Shown piece by piece: positions 41,601 through 50,977 of a DNA stretch of 50,977 bases (within the stretch, counting starts at the first letter, position 1; every line of letters begins with the position of its first letter). The stretch covers positions 3,158 to 54,134 of the forward strand of contig MQRK01231771.1 in assembly GCA_001938485.1 (NCBI GenBank), in the 5' to 3' direction. The stretch is from Girardia tigrina. Lineage: Eukaryota. A program made the position numbers and the translations under genes. The notes beneath the pieces were generated by a model. The model was not told where the DNA came from and ran no database searches. It saw only the letters and a list, made by a program, of their open reading frames with translations.

Positions 41601-44299
41601 TAAAATTTGCTATTACCTCTGCACTTTCGCTGTATTCATTATCATTGCAGGGCTTGATATTCATCACTACCACCTCTGAATGAGTCATCTTCGCAACCAT
41701 TATCTTCTAAATAACGCGCTCTCTTCTGCCGTTTATGTTCTTCTAGCCATTTTAGCAAATTTTTATTTCCAAATTAAATTAATAACCTCAAATAACAATG
41801 CAAATATTTTGTTCTTTTTTTGGTTTGGATAATGACATCTTATAATAAGTAAAATTCATTTTTCACTCTATTTATTGTTTATAGTTTTTATGCACTCATT
41901 GAACATAGTAAAGAAAATATTTTTCCCACACCCATTTGCCATACGAGTCATAAAATAATCTAAAGTAAAGTATATTAAAAACGATAAATATATTTATTAT
42001 ATATTTTTAATACAGTGTGAGTGTCATTAAGGCAAACAGATAAAAGAAAAAAAGACTTGTGGCAGTTGTAATTTTTTATAGGTTCAGTTAAGTTGTTAAA
42101 TTAAATTTTGATTTCAAGTTTCATGATATAATTGAAATAAATTATATTTTAAAGTAAATAATTTTTAAAAATAATAAATGAGTTATAATTAATTTTTAAT
42201 ATGGTAGAATAAATTGTTTTCTTAAATTTTAAAATGAATATTATTTTAGATTAAATTTTATCGATATAAAATATTATTTTAAATTTCTTAAAAATTTTAA
42301 TCAGAATTTGAAAATTAAGGTAAATGTCGGGGAATTGATTATTAGGAAGTTGAAAAATTGTTTAAATTTGTTTGTGATATAAATTATTATTTGTACTAAT
42401 AAAAATTTTGATCTTTATGAACTCTTCGAATATTGTGAGCGATATAAAGGATATTAACATGGCGACTGACACTACAATGGATATCTTCACGAATCAACTT
42501 TTATCTGAAAAATTTTGATAAGGAAAGGCGACTATATGGAGATGATTTATTGAAAAATGCGAAGATTCTTTATTTTTACGCAATCCAATTAAGAGATTTA
42601 AAGGAGAAGTTTGAACCAGTCAATAAGGTTCGAAAAAAATAAAAGTAATAAAGTCAATAATAGGTTACAAGGATCGATTAGAAAAACATACGAATTGCCG
42701 GTACAGGATGAAGGAAAAATAATCATATTTTCAAAAACATTTATTAAATTTTTATTTTAAAAATATTTTTGAAATCCATTTGCAATCCCTTTTTAGAGCA
42801 TTTGCCGGTGGGCGTATTTTTCGTGTTTTGAGATAATGGAAAAACTCAGAGATGATTTTTTATAACATAATCACTAATTTCAATGTATAAAGTATATAAT
42901 AAAAGTTATTTCTAATTTCATAAGTAAAACAAATTTGCAACTAATAGTTTTAATGCATGAAATAGAAATTTTTTAAAGTGTTTATTCAATTCCTTTTTGA
43001 AGATTAATATTATGATATATAATGTGTATCTTGTATTTTATTCTAAATTGTTACCAGATCTCTCTTGTTTGTGGTTCGTGTACTGCCGGTGGAGCCTATA
43101 TTCCTACAATGAGTTCGGAAAACGGGATGATAGATAAATCTAGCTTTATTTTCTTAGGTGGACCACCTTTAGTTAAAGCAGCTACTGGAGAAATTGTATC
43201 CGCAGAACACCTTGGAGGTGCTTCATTGCATACAAAGTATTTACTTTGATAGTATATTTATTAAATAGGTTTAAAATAATAATATGTTTCTATGTGTGTT
43301 CTAAAATGATAAAATTACTTCAGAACTTTTTCCTGATTATTTTCAAATCAAAGAAACTTTTGAATTTGAAATTCATGATTTAATATTACTTTTTTAAAAA
43401 ATTAATAATGAAAATAGATTGTGTGATTCGTATCTGCCAGATAGACCATTGATTTTGCGCGGATCGATAATTTATTTTCCAATTATTATTTATGATACTA
43501 CAGAGAGCGTTTTCTAGATCTTCCGTCGGAATAATAAGTACATAGTCCTGAATACATGGTTCTAACAAGGATCATTTATCATTCGTTAGGCAATTTGTTT
43601 GATTAATGATCTTTAAAAAGAGCTCAATTCTTAGCATTTTGTTCAAATAATCCAAACAATCCCGATTAATAATCTTTTTTAATTTAGCTATTTTGTGCCG
43701 GGTATCCGCTATGTAATTTTTCATTAACATATTAAAACAAAACATTTTTTACAACACAATATTAAACATAAAAATTGTACATTTATAAAGTTCAATTCTT
43801 TTTCTTTTGATATTAAATTACAGATTTTAACTACAGTTAAAACATTACTAAATTATTTTATTAATTAATTCAATCAATCTTATATATGCCCCAGATTCGA
43901 TCAGTCATCCAAATATTTCCTCAAAAAGTCAGAAATTAGGGCGTAATTGACCGATTCTTATTTCAGATAGCAAATCACTTGTCTATGTTAGCTGAACACA
44001 GCTATGCAAAATTAACTGTCGAATGCAATGCTTCCAAAATGTGTAATACGAGAAAAAATAAATAGTAGTTTGAACCTTGTAAACTTTGAGAATGGTAAAT
44101 AGTCTTATATGTCTGAACTACCCTGAATAAAGTATATTTTCTCCTCTTCTTCAGTTGTTAAATTTTTCTTTTATGAAATACTTTTTACAGATAAATAATA
44201 TTATTAATAGCTCAATATTATAAAGTAAAAGTCAACCAAAAATACCGACTATCACCTGATAAATGATTACCAAAACATTTACGAAAACTGTAAATACCA

Positions 44300-44342
<43 letters not shown>

Positions 44343-45491
44343 CAATTAAATAATTAAATTAAATAAATAAATTATTAATTTAATCTTATTGGTGATATAT
44401 TATTCATAATTTTTGGTGTATATTTAAACAAATATTAATTTTGTATTGCAACATTTTAACGATATGATAAAAATTGGTAGGAAATTGTCCATAAAATAAT
44501 AAAATATTCTGTAAAGTTAATCAATTGTGAACATTAAAAAAAATTGTAACATAACTTATCAATAATCTAAATTTTTCGAATGAATCTGAAAATTTAAAAT
44601 TCTCTATTAATGTCATTTTTTTATCCGAGTACCATTGACACTGAAGGCTATGTGTTTTCCTTGTTGTTATTGCTATTATTCATGAATATAAAAAATGTAA
44701 TATTCGGCGTATCCAAAATTTTTATTTAAATAAAAAATGTCACCCAGGATGATGTTTATATTGAGAAAAAATTTCATGCAATGTCTCAAATAATAATCTA
44801 GCAGGGGACAAGCGTCTAAAATAATAATAACGGAATATATATTCCAATTATTTTTAATTTCTTTAAAAACCCAATCATACACGTAATCTAGATGGAACTA
44901 TCAAATGATAAGAACAATAATTTCTCAAAACGCGTCTCTTGTTTTTGAATGTGATCTAATAAAAGCACCTTGAAAATAGCTTCACCAGACAGTCGCAAAG
45001 AACGATAATATCATAAATGAATAAATATTAAAAAAGCGCCTAAAATTGGAATTAATACATTTGGTAACACTTCAGATATTTGTCTTAAACATTTAAAATA
45101 TATATTTTTGGATTAAAATTCGGAAAAATCATTTTTATTTTTATTGAAACAAAAGGTAGGTTAATATTGTATATCATTAAATACAAAAAAGTTTCTCTAA
45201 GCCTGTTGTATTGAAATTATTTATTAAAATAGGTTAAACTTTAATTCGTTATCTGAAACATTAATTAAAAAAATTTCATTAAGGGTGAGTGGATGTTCCG
45301 ATTACATATTTAATTCGGAATATAATGGATTCCTGAGTATTCGAAATACTATATCTTATTTTCCACAACAAACTATTTGTTCCAATTATTTGGATGATAT
45401 TGTCGATACTTTGTATTCTTCATCTGATTTAGACGGATTTTTACTTAATAGTGAAAACTTTAACATGAACTCTCGCGTTATAATGAACCAG
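3998..45491 (+). CDS. MCCC2: Methylcrotonoyl-CoA carboxylase beta chain-like (MCCC2-like carboxyl transferase), spliced gene, 3' incomplete: join(3998..4014,4079..4571,12806..12886,43058..43236,45284..45491)
   Basis: Exons join in frame with GT-AG introns and give consecutive MCC-beta motifs: [10 protein letters not shown]...[31 protein letters not shown]|[59 protein letters not shown]|VSGCSDY. The symbol denotes the family; it may be the MCCC2-like paralog. Confidence 0.92.
4079..4571 (+). CDS. MCCC2: MCC-beta-like coding exon 2
   Basis: Carboxyl-transferase N-terminal motifs ([38 protein letters not shown]); donor CAG|GTGAGA at 4572, phase 0. Confidence 0.93.
4730..6560. repeat. Extremely AT-rich degenerate tandem repeat/satellite spanning an assembly gap (N 5181-5815)
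   Basis: Recurring ATTAAATATTATTTATTTTTGAAT / TTGCATTTTAATTATTT / AAGAATTATTTATTAAT units; about 4980-5180 recurs with small differences at 5816-6020. Confidence 0.7.
6840..8100 (-). mobile_element. Degenerate pogo/Tigger transposase remnant interrupted by a MITE
   Basis: [28 protein letters not shown] (DDE_1 [14 protein letters not shown] motif) at about 8000-8090; C-terminal [16 protein letters not shown] and RQPKITEFF at about 6850-7000. Confidence 0.75.
7429..7849. mobile_element. MITE copy 1 with AAATAGTAGGTG subterminal repeats
   Basis: TIR CGGATAACAT(C/G)AAATAGTAGG...CCTACTATTTCATGTTATCCG, flanked by TAA/TAA; near-identical to 38610-39120. Confidence 0.88.
8400..8540 (-). mobile_element. 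Penelope-like GIY-YIG endonuclease remnant
   Basis: [11 protein letters not shown] then frameshifted KRIQE, resembling the C..C...YIGET.R....RI.EH motif. Confidence 0.5.
9865..10758 (-). mobile_element. Internally deleted hAT element
   Basis: Imperfect TIRs TAGGGAATCCAAATCTCGG / TAGGGGTTTCAATCCTGGG; degenerate 8-bp TSD GCACCCAC/ACACCCAT; hAT dimerization motif [15 protein letters not shown]...TKLRS at about 10130-10225. Confidence 0.8.
11367..12105 (-). mobile_element. Internally deleted Mutator-like (MULE) element
   Basis: GGG...CCC ends sharing TTCACC(G/A)AAAATCAATTC; 9-bp TSD TTGACAATG/CTGACAATG; peptide [30 protein letters not shown] typical of MULE transposase C-termini. Confidence 0.82.
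12806..12886 (+). CDS. MCCC2: MCC-beta-like coding exon 3 ([27 protein letters not shown]), not in the ORF track
   Basis: Acceptor TTTTCCTCTCAG, 81 nt phase 0-0, donor GTG|GTGAGA; encodes the segment expected between ...LPLQ and [12 protein letters not shown]. Confidence 0.93.
13170..13760 (+). mobile_element. 5'-truncated non-LTR retrotransposon (RTE-like reverse transcriptase 3' end), frameshifted
   Basis: [20 protein letters not shown] (YADD-like), LFINVKK, (Y)[28 protein letters not shown]. Confidence 0.82.
13864..13943. repeat. (CA)n/(TA)n microsatellite with gap
   Basis: Directly visible. Confidence 0.9.
14700..15110 (-). mobile_element. Gypsy/Ty3-type integrase remnant
   Basis: Frameshifted [22 protein letters not shown] (integrase zinc finger), [13 protein letters not shown] and [11 protein letters not shown] (rve core start). 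Confidence 0.78.
16495..17031 (-). CDS. CstF-64 (CSTF2)-like hinge-domain exon(s), nested antisense in the 30-kb intron; divergent paralog or pseudogene
   Basis: [57 protein letters not shown] resembles the CSTF2 hinge (ISRAVASLPPEQMFELMKQMK...PQEARNMLLQNPQLAYALLQAQVVMRIVDP). Acceptor CATTTAG before 17031, donor CAG|GTATGT after 16495, candidate 26-nt intron 16613-16638. Confidence 0.72.
17650..18050 (-). mobile_element. hAT-type transposase C-terminal remnant
   Basis: [17 protein letters not shown]...NF..KN dimerization-like motif; adjacent TTGACC(T/A)A subterminal-like repeats and AAAAGTCCTGCCCT terminus-like motif. Confidence 0.6.
19044..20531 (+). mobile_element. pogo/Tigger DNA transposon, nearly full length, pseudogenised
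   Basis: TA|CAGTA terminus; [11 protein letters not shown] (psq-like HTH), [12 protein letters not shown] (CENP-B HTH), [46 protein letters not shown]; several stops and frameshifts. Confidence 0.9.
21252..22260 (-). mobile_element. pogo/Tigger transposase, pseudogenised
   Basis: [16 protein letters not shown]...[11 protein letters not shown]...GEAADV; [11 protein letters not shown]; IFDNSPAHP; [20 protein letters not shown]; [14 protein letters not shown]. Confidence 0.9.
23073..23165. mobile_element. One end of a PIF/Harbinger-type MITE
   Basis: GGGGATATCCATAAAGGACGTCACAC..GGGGGAGGG...TGTGACG..GTGTGACG resembles the common Harbinger non-autonomous terminus; partner end not found. Confidence 0.5.
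24950..25623 (-). pseudogene. Interrupted reading frame of unknown origin
   Basis: 112-aa and 63-aa minus-strand ORFs in tandem, with raised GC relative to flanks; no recognised motif. Confidence 0.3.
27790..28880 (-). mobile_element. Highly degenerate Tc1/mariner-superfamily transposase fragments
   Basis: [12 protein letters not shown] (HTH), [20 protein letters not shown] (cf. FSDEAHF.L.GYVNKQN.RFW), [17 protein letters not shown] and RIRDVIA...HVQNIL (C-terminus). Confidence 0.62.
30500..30973 (-). mobile_element. mariner (Mos1-like) 5' half
   Basis: TIR TA|TTAGGTTAGTCGAAAAAATAATGGCG; [27 protein letters not shown]...[10 protein letters not shown]...[10 protein letters not shown]. Confidence 0.9.
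30974..31097. repeat. (TA)n microsatellite with gap
   Basis: Directly visible; the mariner TIR abuts it. Confidence 0.9.
31110..31573 (-). mobile_element. Possible FLYWCH/MULE-associated remnant
   Basis: [16 protein letters not shown] resembles FLYWCH starts (F..S.KG...L); later W/C/H-containing segment ending KCDHGPD. Weak. Confidence 0.35.
32220..32362. repeat. ~15-bp degenerate tandem repeat GTGGGCTTTTTTCNT, probably a transposon subterminal array
   Basis: About 9-10 units visible (GTGAGCTTT, GTGGAATTT, GTGGGTTTT, GTGGGCTAT, GTGGGCTTT...). Confidence 0.65.
32704..33015 (-). mobile_element. hAT transposase C-terminal dimerization domain remnant
   Basis: [50 protein letters not shown]. 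Confidence 0.85.
33060..33160 (-). mobile_element. Gypsy-type integrase C-terminal fragment
   Basis: [24 protein letters not shown] resembles the Y.....HST.G.TPAEL.FGR motif. Confidence 0.5.
33186..34221. repeat. Three near-identical tandem copies of a ~345-bp unit
   Basis: Units start TTGGATCGTTTTGGGTTGAT at 33186, 33537 and 33877; copy 2 lacks 13 nt (AATAAACCTCGGT); internal (TA)n length varies. Confidence 0.95.
35610..35668. repeat. (AAT)n microsatellite
   Basis: Directly visible. Confidence 0.95.
38150..38392 (-). mobile_element. piggyBac remnant
   Basis: [17 protein letters not shown]...[13 protein letters not shown] (W.DKR.V...DYN..MGGVD motif); TTAA|CC terminus-like junction at 38392-38396. 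Confidence 0.78.
38610..39120. mobile_element. MITE copy 2 with AAATAGTAGGTG subterminal repeats
   Basis: Same TIRs and internal sequence as 7429-7849, retaining about 100 nt absent from copy 1. Confidence 0.88.
40796..40967. repeat. 86-bp tandem duplication
   Basis: CGACAAATATATTTTCTTTTTCTC(C/T)GGAACAAT...TTTGCTGATC(A/G)GTTATTCTT at 40796 and 40882. Confidence 0.9.
41165..41750 (-). mobile_element. piggyBac transposase N-terminal remnant
   Basis: MARRT..TAEE start, acidic tract, WKSD...[24 protein letters not shown] (F..D....IV..TN.YA motif), EMKTFF. Confidence 0.65.
43058..43236 (+). CDS. MCCC2: MCC-beta-like coding exon 4
   Basis: Acceptor TTGTTACCAG; [19 protein letters not shown]...[26 protein letters not shown]; donor AA|GTATTT, phase 2. 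Confidence 0.93.
44305..44340. repeat. (TA)n microsatellite
   Basis: Directly visible. Confidence 0.9.
45284..45491 (+). CDS. MCCC2: MCC-beta-like coding exon 5
   Basis: Acceptor TTTCATTAAG; first G completes AAG (K), then [23 protein letters not shown]...MNSRVIMNQ; donor CAG|GTTTGT. Confidence 0.85.
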
Positions 45492-47802
45492 GTTTGTTAT
45501 TATATTACAAATATAACTTACGTTAATTTTTTATGAAATATTCAATCTAGAAACAATTTACAATAAAATAGTACATTCAAAAGTTGATAAAAATGTTTCG
45601 CAAATGATAACTAAGCGCATAGAATGTAAAAGAAATAAAATCATTAAAAAACTTATATTCCATGAAAATTCAGGACAGGACTAATAAATGTTACTAAATC
45701 TTAATTTGATGCTTATATTTATCATGATAATTTTAACAAAATAATATGTAATCCTATATTGCATGTTAAAATTTTATTACAATATTGGGTTTGAGAAAAC
45801 TATCTTTAATATCTATTTTTATTTTTGCAATTCAAACTTCACTCAATTAATGTTACTTGTGCTTTATAAATTTTAATAATATCCTACTGTTCCTTCCTGT
45901 ATCTATATTACTTTTTTGTTCAATGATTTACAATAATAGTCACATGTTTTATGTTATCTGTGATTTCGTTTTATTTAATTACTGTCCTTTAATTTAAATT
46001 TCATTTTGATGGCCGGTTTTTCATGTAGCCAATGCTTTATTGTATCATATTCGAACATACTTGAACACAATAATAGTTAAATGTGTATTTTACTCTGATT
46101 AGTTAAAGTTAATTAATACTCTTCTGAAAATATTTTCTCAGCTAATTGCACTTCTAGACATAAATTTTCTTATAGTAATTTTTAAGCAATATGTCTCCAA
46201 AAATTAACAACCTTAACAGTTTCACACGCTACATATACCTAAATTTATTTTAAAAAGTGTTGGACTCCAGAAATATGGTAGTTTTCTTCAGAATATTCCG
46301 TTTAAATTGAGGCAGATTTTGATTTTTGTAAAAGTGACATTTTTTGAGCAAAAGTTGTACTAATTTTGTTAAGTACTATAGAAAGATTTTCATTGAAAAA
46401 CTTTCAGCAATTTCAACTGAGTAACAGTATCGCGCCACCGTTTATGTTCGCCCTTGCACCGGTTGCACGAGTGTTATTTCAAAAATTCGACCAATTGATA
46501 TCAAAATTCTCAAAAATCGAAATATTTATTTTATCAACAACAGTTTCATAGTTTCATATTATTAAAACAAATTCGATAACTTCAAGTAAAAAATAATAAT
46601 TTCGGTTCTAACCAAAACAAATTCTTTTACAAAAGAAAGTATATATATATATGTATGTATTTTTGATTAAAATTAAAAAGTTTTTTTCAAATTTCTATCC
46701 GGACGAATTATAAAACTAAAAAGAATGTTTTATCGTTGAAAATAATGTGAAAAAATGTATTTAAACAAATTATTAGAGGAACAAAGAAATTAACAATAAC
46801 TCAAACTTCATTTATCAGGTATTCTTAAATACTAATGTAACACATGTGTACAGATAGCAACATTTCCATAAATATAATCCAGTAATATGCATTAGAAATT
46901 TATTTGAAATACAAATCATTCTTTATTTGAACTTTGATATGTTATATTGAAGGTTATAGACGTGTTACTTTTTTCTTTGGAGATTTTCTTTGTATTTGTA
47001 TTTTTAAGTATTGGTCGAAAACATTTGACCGGTAGTGTATATATTTGAAATTAATTATCTTGGATCTTTCATAAATTAAGTTCAAATTTTATGGCAACTT
47101 TCTGGAAACCAAATATTATAAAAAGAACTAAATCAGTTTTTCAGTTCGGTAAAAATAACCAATTTCCTTACATTTTTTACTAGAATACTAAGAAATATCC
47201 TAATAAGAAATCTTTTAATATAATCAAGGTTGAAACTAAAATAAAAGTCCAGAAAACTGCTATATTCATATCGGTTATAATCTTTCAACAGGAACACTAG
47301 GTAAAACTTAAAAATAAAGCTTAAAATATTTTAAACATTAAAATAACAAAAATAAAATATTATGTTAGAGAGCCATAAATATCATCCGCTACAATTGGTA
47401 TTCCTTCATGCACTTTAAAAATTTCGATTATCTTCGTCATCCAACCTATATGCCAGCTGTGAATATTTTTGTATAGTTGAGTTATATCGTTACTGCTTTT
47501 CACAATATGTACAAAAATTGCCAACATCATTATCTATAATTATAGATGTTATATATTTTAATCTATTTATATCTTAGGCTTAAATTACTATCAGTGTATC
47601 TAAATATATTATTATTCTGTTTATTTATCTCGTATTTTCCTATCAACGGTAGATGTTTTGTGGACAGCGGTCACAGTCAAACGACTCGGTTTTTGGTGTA
47701 AGAGAATAGGGAATAATTTATATAAATCATATATAATTTATAAAGAATACATATACTAAAATAAAACTAATAAATATATATAATAAAACTAATATAAAAC
47801 TA

Positions 47803-47806
<4 letters not shown>

Positions 47807-47845
<39 letters not shown>
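47807..47845. repeat. (TA)n microsatellite
   Basis: Directly visible. Confidence 0.9.
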
Positions 47846-47851
<6 letters not shown>

Positions 47852-49697
47852 AGTCTTGTGAACGCAAGTTTAGTATTTCGAAAATATAATTTGATTAAAG
47901 CTTTTTTTATACAACTATTGGACNNNNNNNNNNNNNNNNNNNNNNNNNNNNNNNNNNNNNNNNNNNNNNNNNNNNNNNNNNNCAATTTTCTATTGAATTG
48001 TTTGAATAATACAATTTTTCACAATTTTAATAAATATAATTTACTTTAAAAGGTGACGAAAAAATGAAACATTTTTATTTATGAAAATATTATTGGGTAA
48101 TTGTAGAAATAAATACTCGAATCGGATAAGTCCAGGAGTATTTATTTCTACTTATAAATTAGTTATCAAAAAAAGAATAAAAATTAGTATATACACTACA
48201 AATGACTCTTCGTTTTTTTTTAAGAAAAAAAAAAGAAATGATAAATAATCACCTTATTAAAGTAAATAAACTTTATTAAATATAATAACAGGTACAATAA
48301 AATCACCGGAATAACCAAGCGCGGTGATAAAAATAATTAACAATTTATTAAATATGATAAAAAATACAATGAAGTCACCCGAATAACCAAGCGCGGTATT
48401 TTAGTAAATACTGTTTCGTTTTCATTTTTCCAATTAATTAAACAATGATAAATATTTCTATTTATTTCAATATCATTAATTTCCAATTATTAAATTCGAA
48501 TGATATTTGAAATATATATCCAAGAAATTTGAATGATTTATCTGAGATTATTTGAGCAAGAGTTTGCTCACAAAACTCTAAAACTATAAACCAATTCGTG
48601 ATGCAATTTTGATAGAAACTAGAATATTGATGTTCGACACAAATGTCTTTCAATTGATTTGAATTAAATTAAATTTGAACGATATTTGAAATATATATAT
48701 ATATACACACATATATATATATATATCCAAGAATATTTATATTTGCATTAATAATTATTTAGAAGAGACAAAAATTGATTGAATTGTTATTTACCGTCAC
48801 GAAAATTCGACTTTTTTGAACAAAAATTTTTCTCTCTCGATTAAACTAATGAGACTTGGATAACTTTGTGATTGGTCTTCTATGGAAACTGTATGTTGAT
48901 TGAAAAAGCAAAAAGAGATTTTTTAATTAAGTTTCTAAATGGAACAATAAAAGTAAATTTCAATAAAAAAATGATTCTGAAATTAGTTAATTTGTGTTGA
49001 TTTATATTCAGAAATCTCTCTCGGGAATTGATTAGCCTTTATTCGATCCAAAAGAATTTAAGAGACATTTTAGTCGTTAAAATATTTATCCAATAATTGT
49101 AAATACGATATATTCTCAGGATGTTTGTGACCAATCATTGACGAATACAAATACGATGTTCATTGATTAAAGTGTCGGCGAAAATGGATATGGCCAATGT
49201 TGTTAAAGACATTTTCGATATTTTCGCTCGATAAATTAGCCAGTTCATAGAAACCCGATAGATCACCGATTTTCATTGTAAAAAATGTGATAAAAAATAA
49301 AGTAAATAAATATTCTACAGAGCAAGTAAATCAAAATCACAAGCCAAAAAAAAATTTTAATTCACTTAACCCCGAATTAAATGAAGTAAAATCACATACA
49401 AAAGTAAATAGTAAAAGGTTTATACAATAATAATGGCAAAAAATATTCTGAATGTTAATTGATGGGTTGTAGTGTCTTATTAGTAGAGATTCACAAAACT
49501 GTCGTTCGTAATGTGAATCAAAACCCTTTTGTAAAACAGAAAACTCATCTTTTGAAATGGATGAGGTTCTATTCTTACAACATAACCAATGATCAAGATT
49601 GATCGAGTAAGGTTCTCCTCATATAAATAAATATATTTTTTTATTTTGGTGACATCTGACCGCTCGGGACCCACTTTTAATTGAAGTTATTTATTAA

Positions 49698-49928
49698 CCA
49701 TTAGTAGCCTGATTTACGAAAGTGATTTATTTTTAATATTACTGTGTTTGCTTGAGGGTCTAGATGAAGGGAAAAATAACTAAAAAAATCAATAGCTAAA
49801 AAATTTCGTTGGAAAGAATATTATACAACAGTAAAATACGTACAGCCAACCTATAAAAAAACGAATAGTAATGTGAACATTCGGTTTAAAAGATTGGTAT
49901 CAAAATTGAAACTCTAGGTTATTAAGGG
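49698..49928. mobile_element. Old piggyBac-type MITE
   Basis: TTAA on both sides; imperfect TIRs CCATTAGTAGCCT / CCCTTAATAACCT (10 of 13 match). Confidence 0.5.
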
Positions 49929-50041
49929 TTAATCTGCCATCTGCAAATAGTTGCATCTAGGCAATCGGATATAATTTAAAATAAATTATAATTAAATATA
50001 AGTTGTGAAGAATATTTTAAATTTGGTTGTTGAAATTGGTT

Positions 50042-50540
50042 TGTTGAATTTTGTATGTTGAGTTTGGTATTTAGAAGTGTTTCTCCCATCCAGATGGAAA
50101 ATTGATATTTTGGATGTTCGCGATGAAGTTATTCGAGTATAGTTTGCATTTAAAATTAAAACATAATATATTAAAAAAACTTTTAAAATATTAAATCGTT
50201 TAAAATTTGAATATTAAAAATTTTAATAAAGTAAATAACTTTGAACTTGTTTTTAATTTTAAGTAAATAAATATTTTTTCTCTATATAAAATCATTTTTA
50301 AAATTAAATTAATATTTAGATAAAATTATTAACGAAATTATAAAAGTAGAATTTTAAAAATAAAATCTGAAAATAATTTAAAATGAAATTTGTTCGAATA
50401 ATTATTTATTAACAAGACATTAACAAAAATTTATCAATTTGATATGTCAAATTATGAAAGCTTGGCTTAGAATTGTCCAAAGGACAATTCAAATTATTAT
50501 TAAAATAAATGTGTGAAAACCCATATTCGTGTTCTTAATA
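50042..50540. repeat. Bipartite interspersed repeat family, copy 5 (full ~500 bp)
   Basis: TGTTGAATTTTGTATGTTGAGTTT...TGTTTCTCCCATCCAGATGGAAAATTGATAT...GTGTTCTTAATA; same orientation as copies 1-4. Confidence 0.88.
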
Positions 50541-50977
50541 TAAGTAAAAAATATTTTAATAATCCTAATATAAGATTATGATTAATAACTTTAAAATTCA
50601 AATTAAAAAATTCAATAATGAAATTAAAAGCTTACTTGAAAAGGCTTACTATCCAAACAAAAATAAAAGAAAACGATACATTAAAAAAGGATACATTAAT
50701 TTTGTCAAGTCATGTTATATATGATTTGATCATATAAATGTCTATATTTACAATCAAAAATATACCCATAATAGTGAGCATTGGAATTCAAATCAAAATT
50801 CAAAAATTATTATTATTTGACCTTTCTGAAATCTATCATTTGTTTTGGTGATCTAAAGAAAACCTTTTAATTCTGTCCTTTTAAACTTTATTGATTAATA
50901 CAGTTTATTATTGTTAACTATCACTTGTTTTTTTATTTTATACTCATTATAAAAAGAAATCAATTTCAGAGTATAAT

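Noticed and set aside
42796-42836. AFAGGRIFR after a TTTTAG, resembling the GGRIF motif of the missing exon
   Set aside because: Wrong phase and a stop follows; the real exon is at 12806-12886.
47640-47700. FVDSG-like stretch as a possible exon 6
   Set aside because: No F.EFK..YG motif and no suitable acceptor; the next exon is probably outside the window.

Overview
Very AT-rich eukaryotic (probably animal) genomic DNA with several N gaps; the organism cannot be named from the sequence. The backbone is one + strand gene for a mitochondrial methylcrotonoyl-CoA carboxylase beta-like (carboxyl transferase) subunit. Five coding exons can be spliced in frame by eye (3998-4014, 4079-4571, 12806-12886, 43058-43236, 45284-45491), with introns of 64 bp, 8.2 kb, 30.2 kb and 2.0 kb. 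No further exon was found, so the gene probably continues past the window. The large introns hold decayed mobile elements (pogo/Tigger x3, hAT x3, Mutator, mariner, Tc1-like, piggyBac, RTE LINE, gypsy integrase, Penelope-like GIY-YIG, MITEs), almost all antisense to the host gene. Most notable observations: (i) a nested antisense CstF-64 (CSTF2) hinge-domain sequence whose frame reaches a perfect splice donor if a 26-nt micro-intron is removed; (ii) an unclassified ~500-bp bipartite repeat with one sharp end, four co-oriented copies just upstream of the gene and a fifth ~46.6 kb away; (iii) a sharp GC/CpG island confined to exon 2 with a steep GC3 decline along the gene; (iv) short perfect-stem hairpins. 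All protein assignments are from motif recognition by eye, not database searches.
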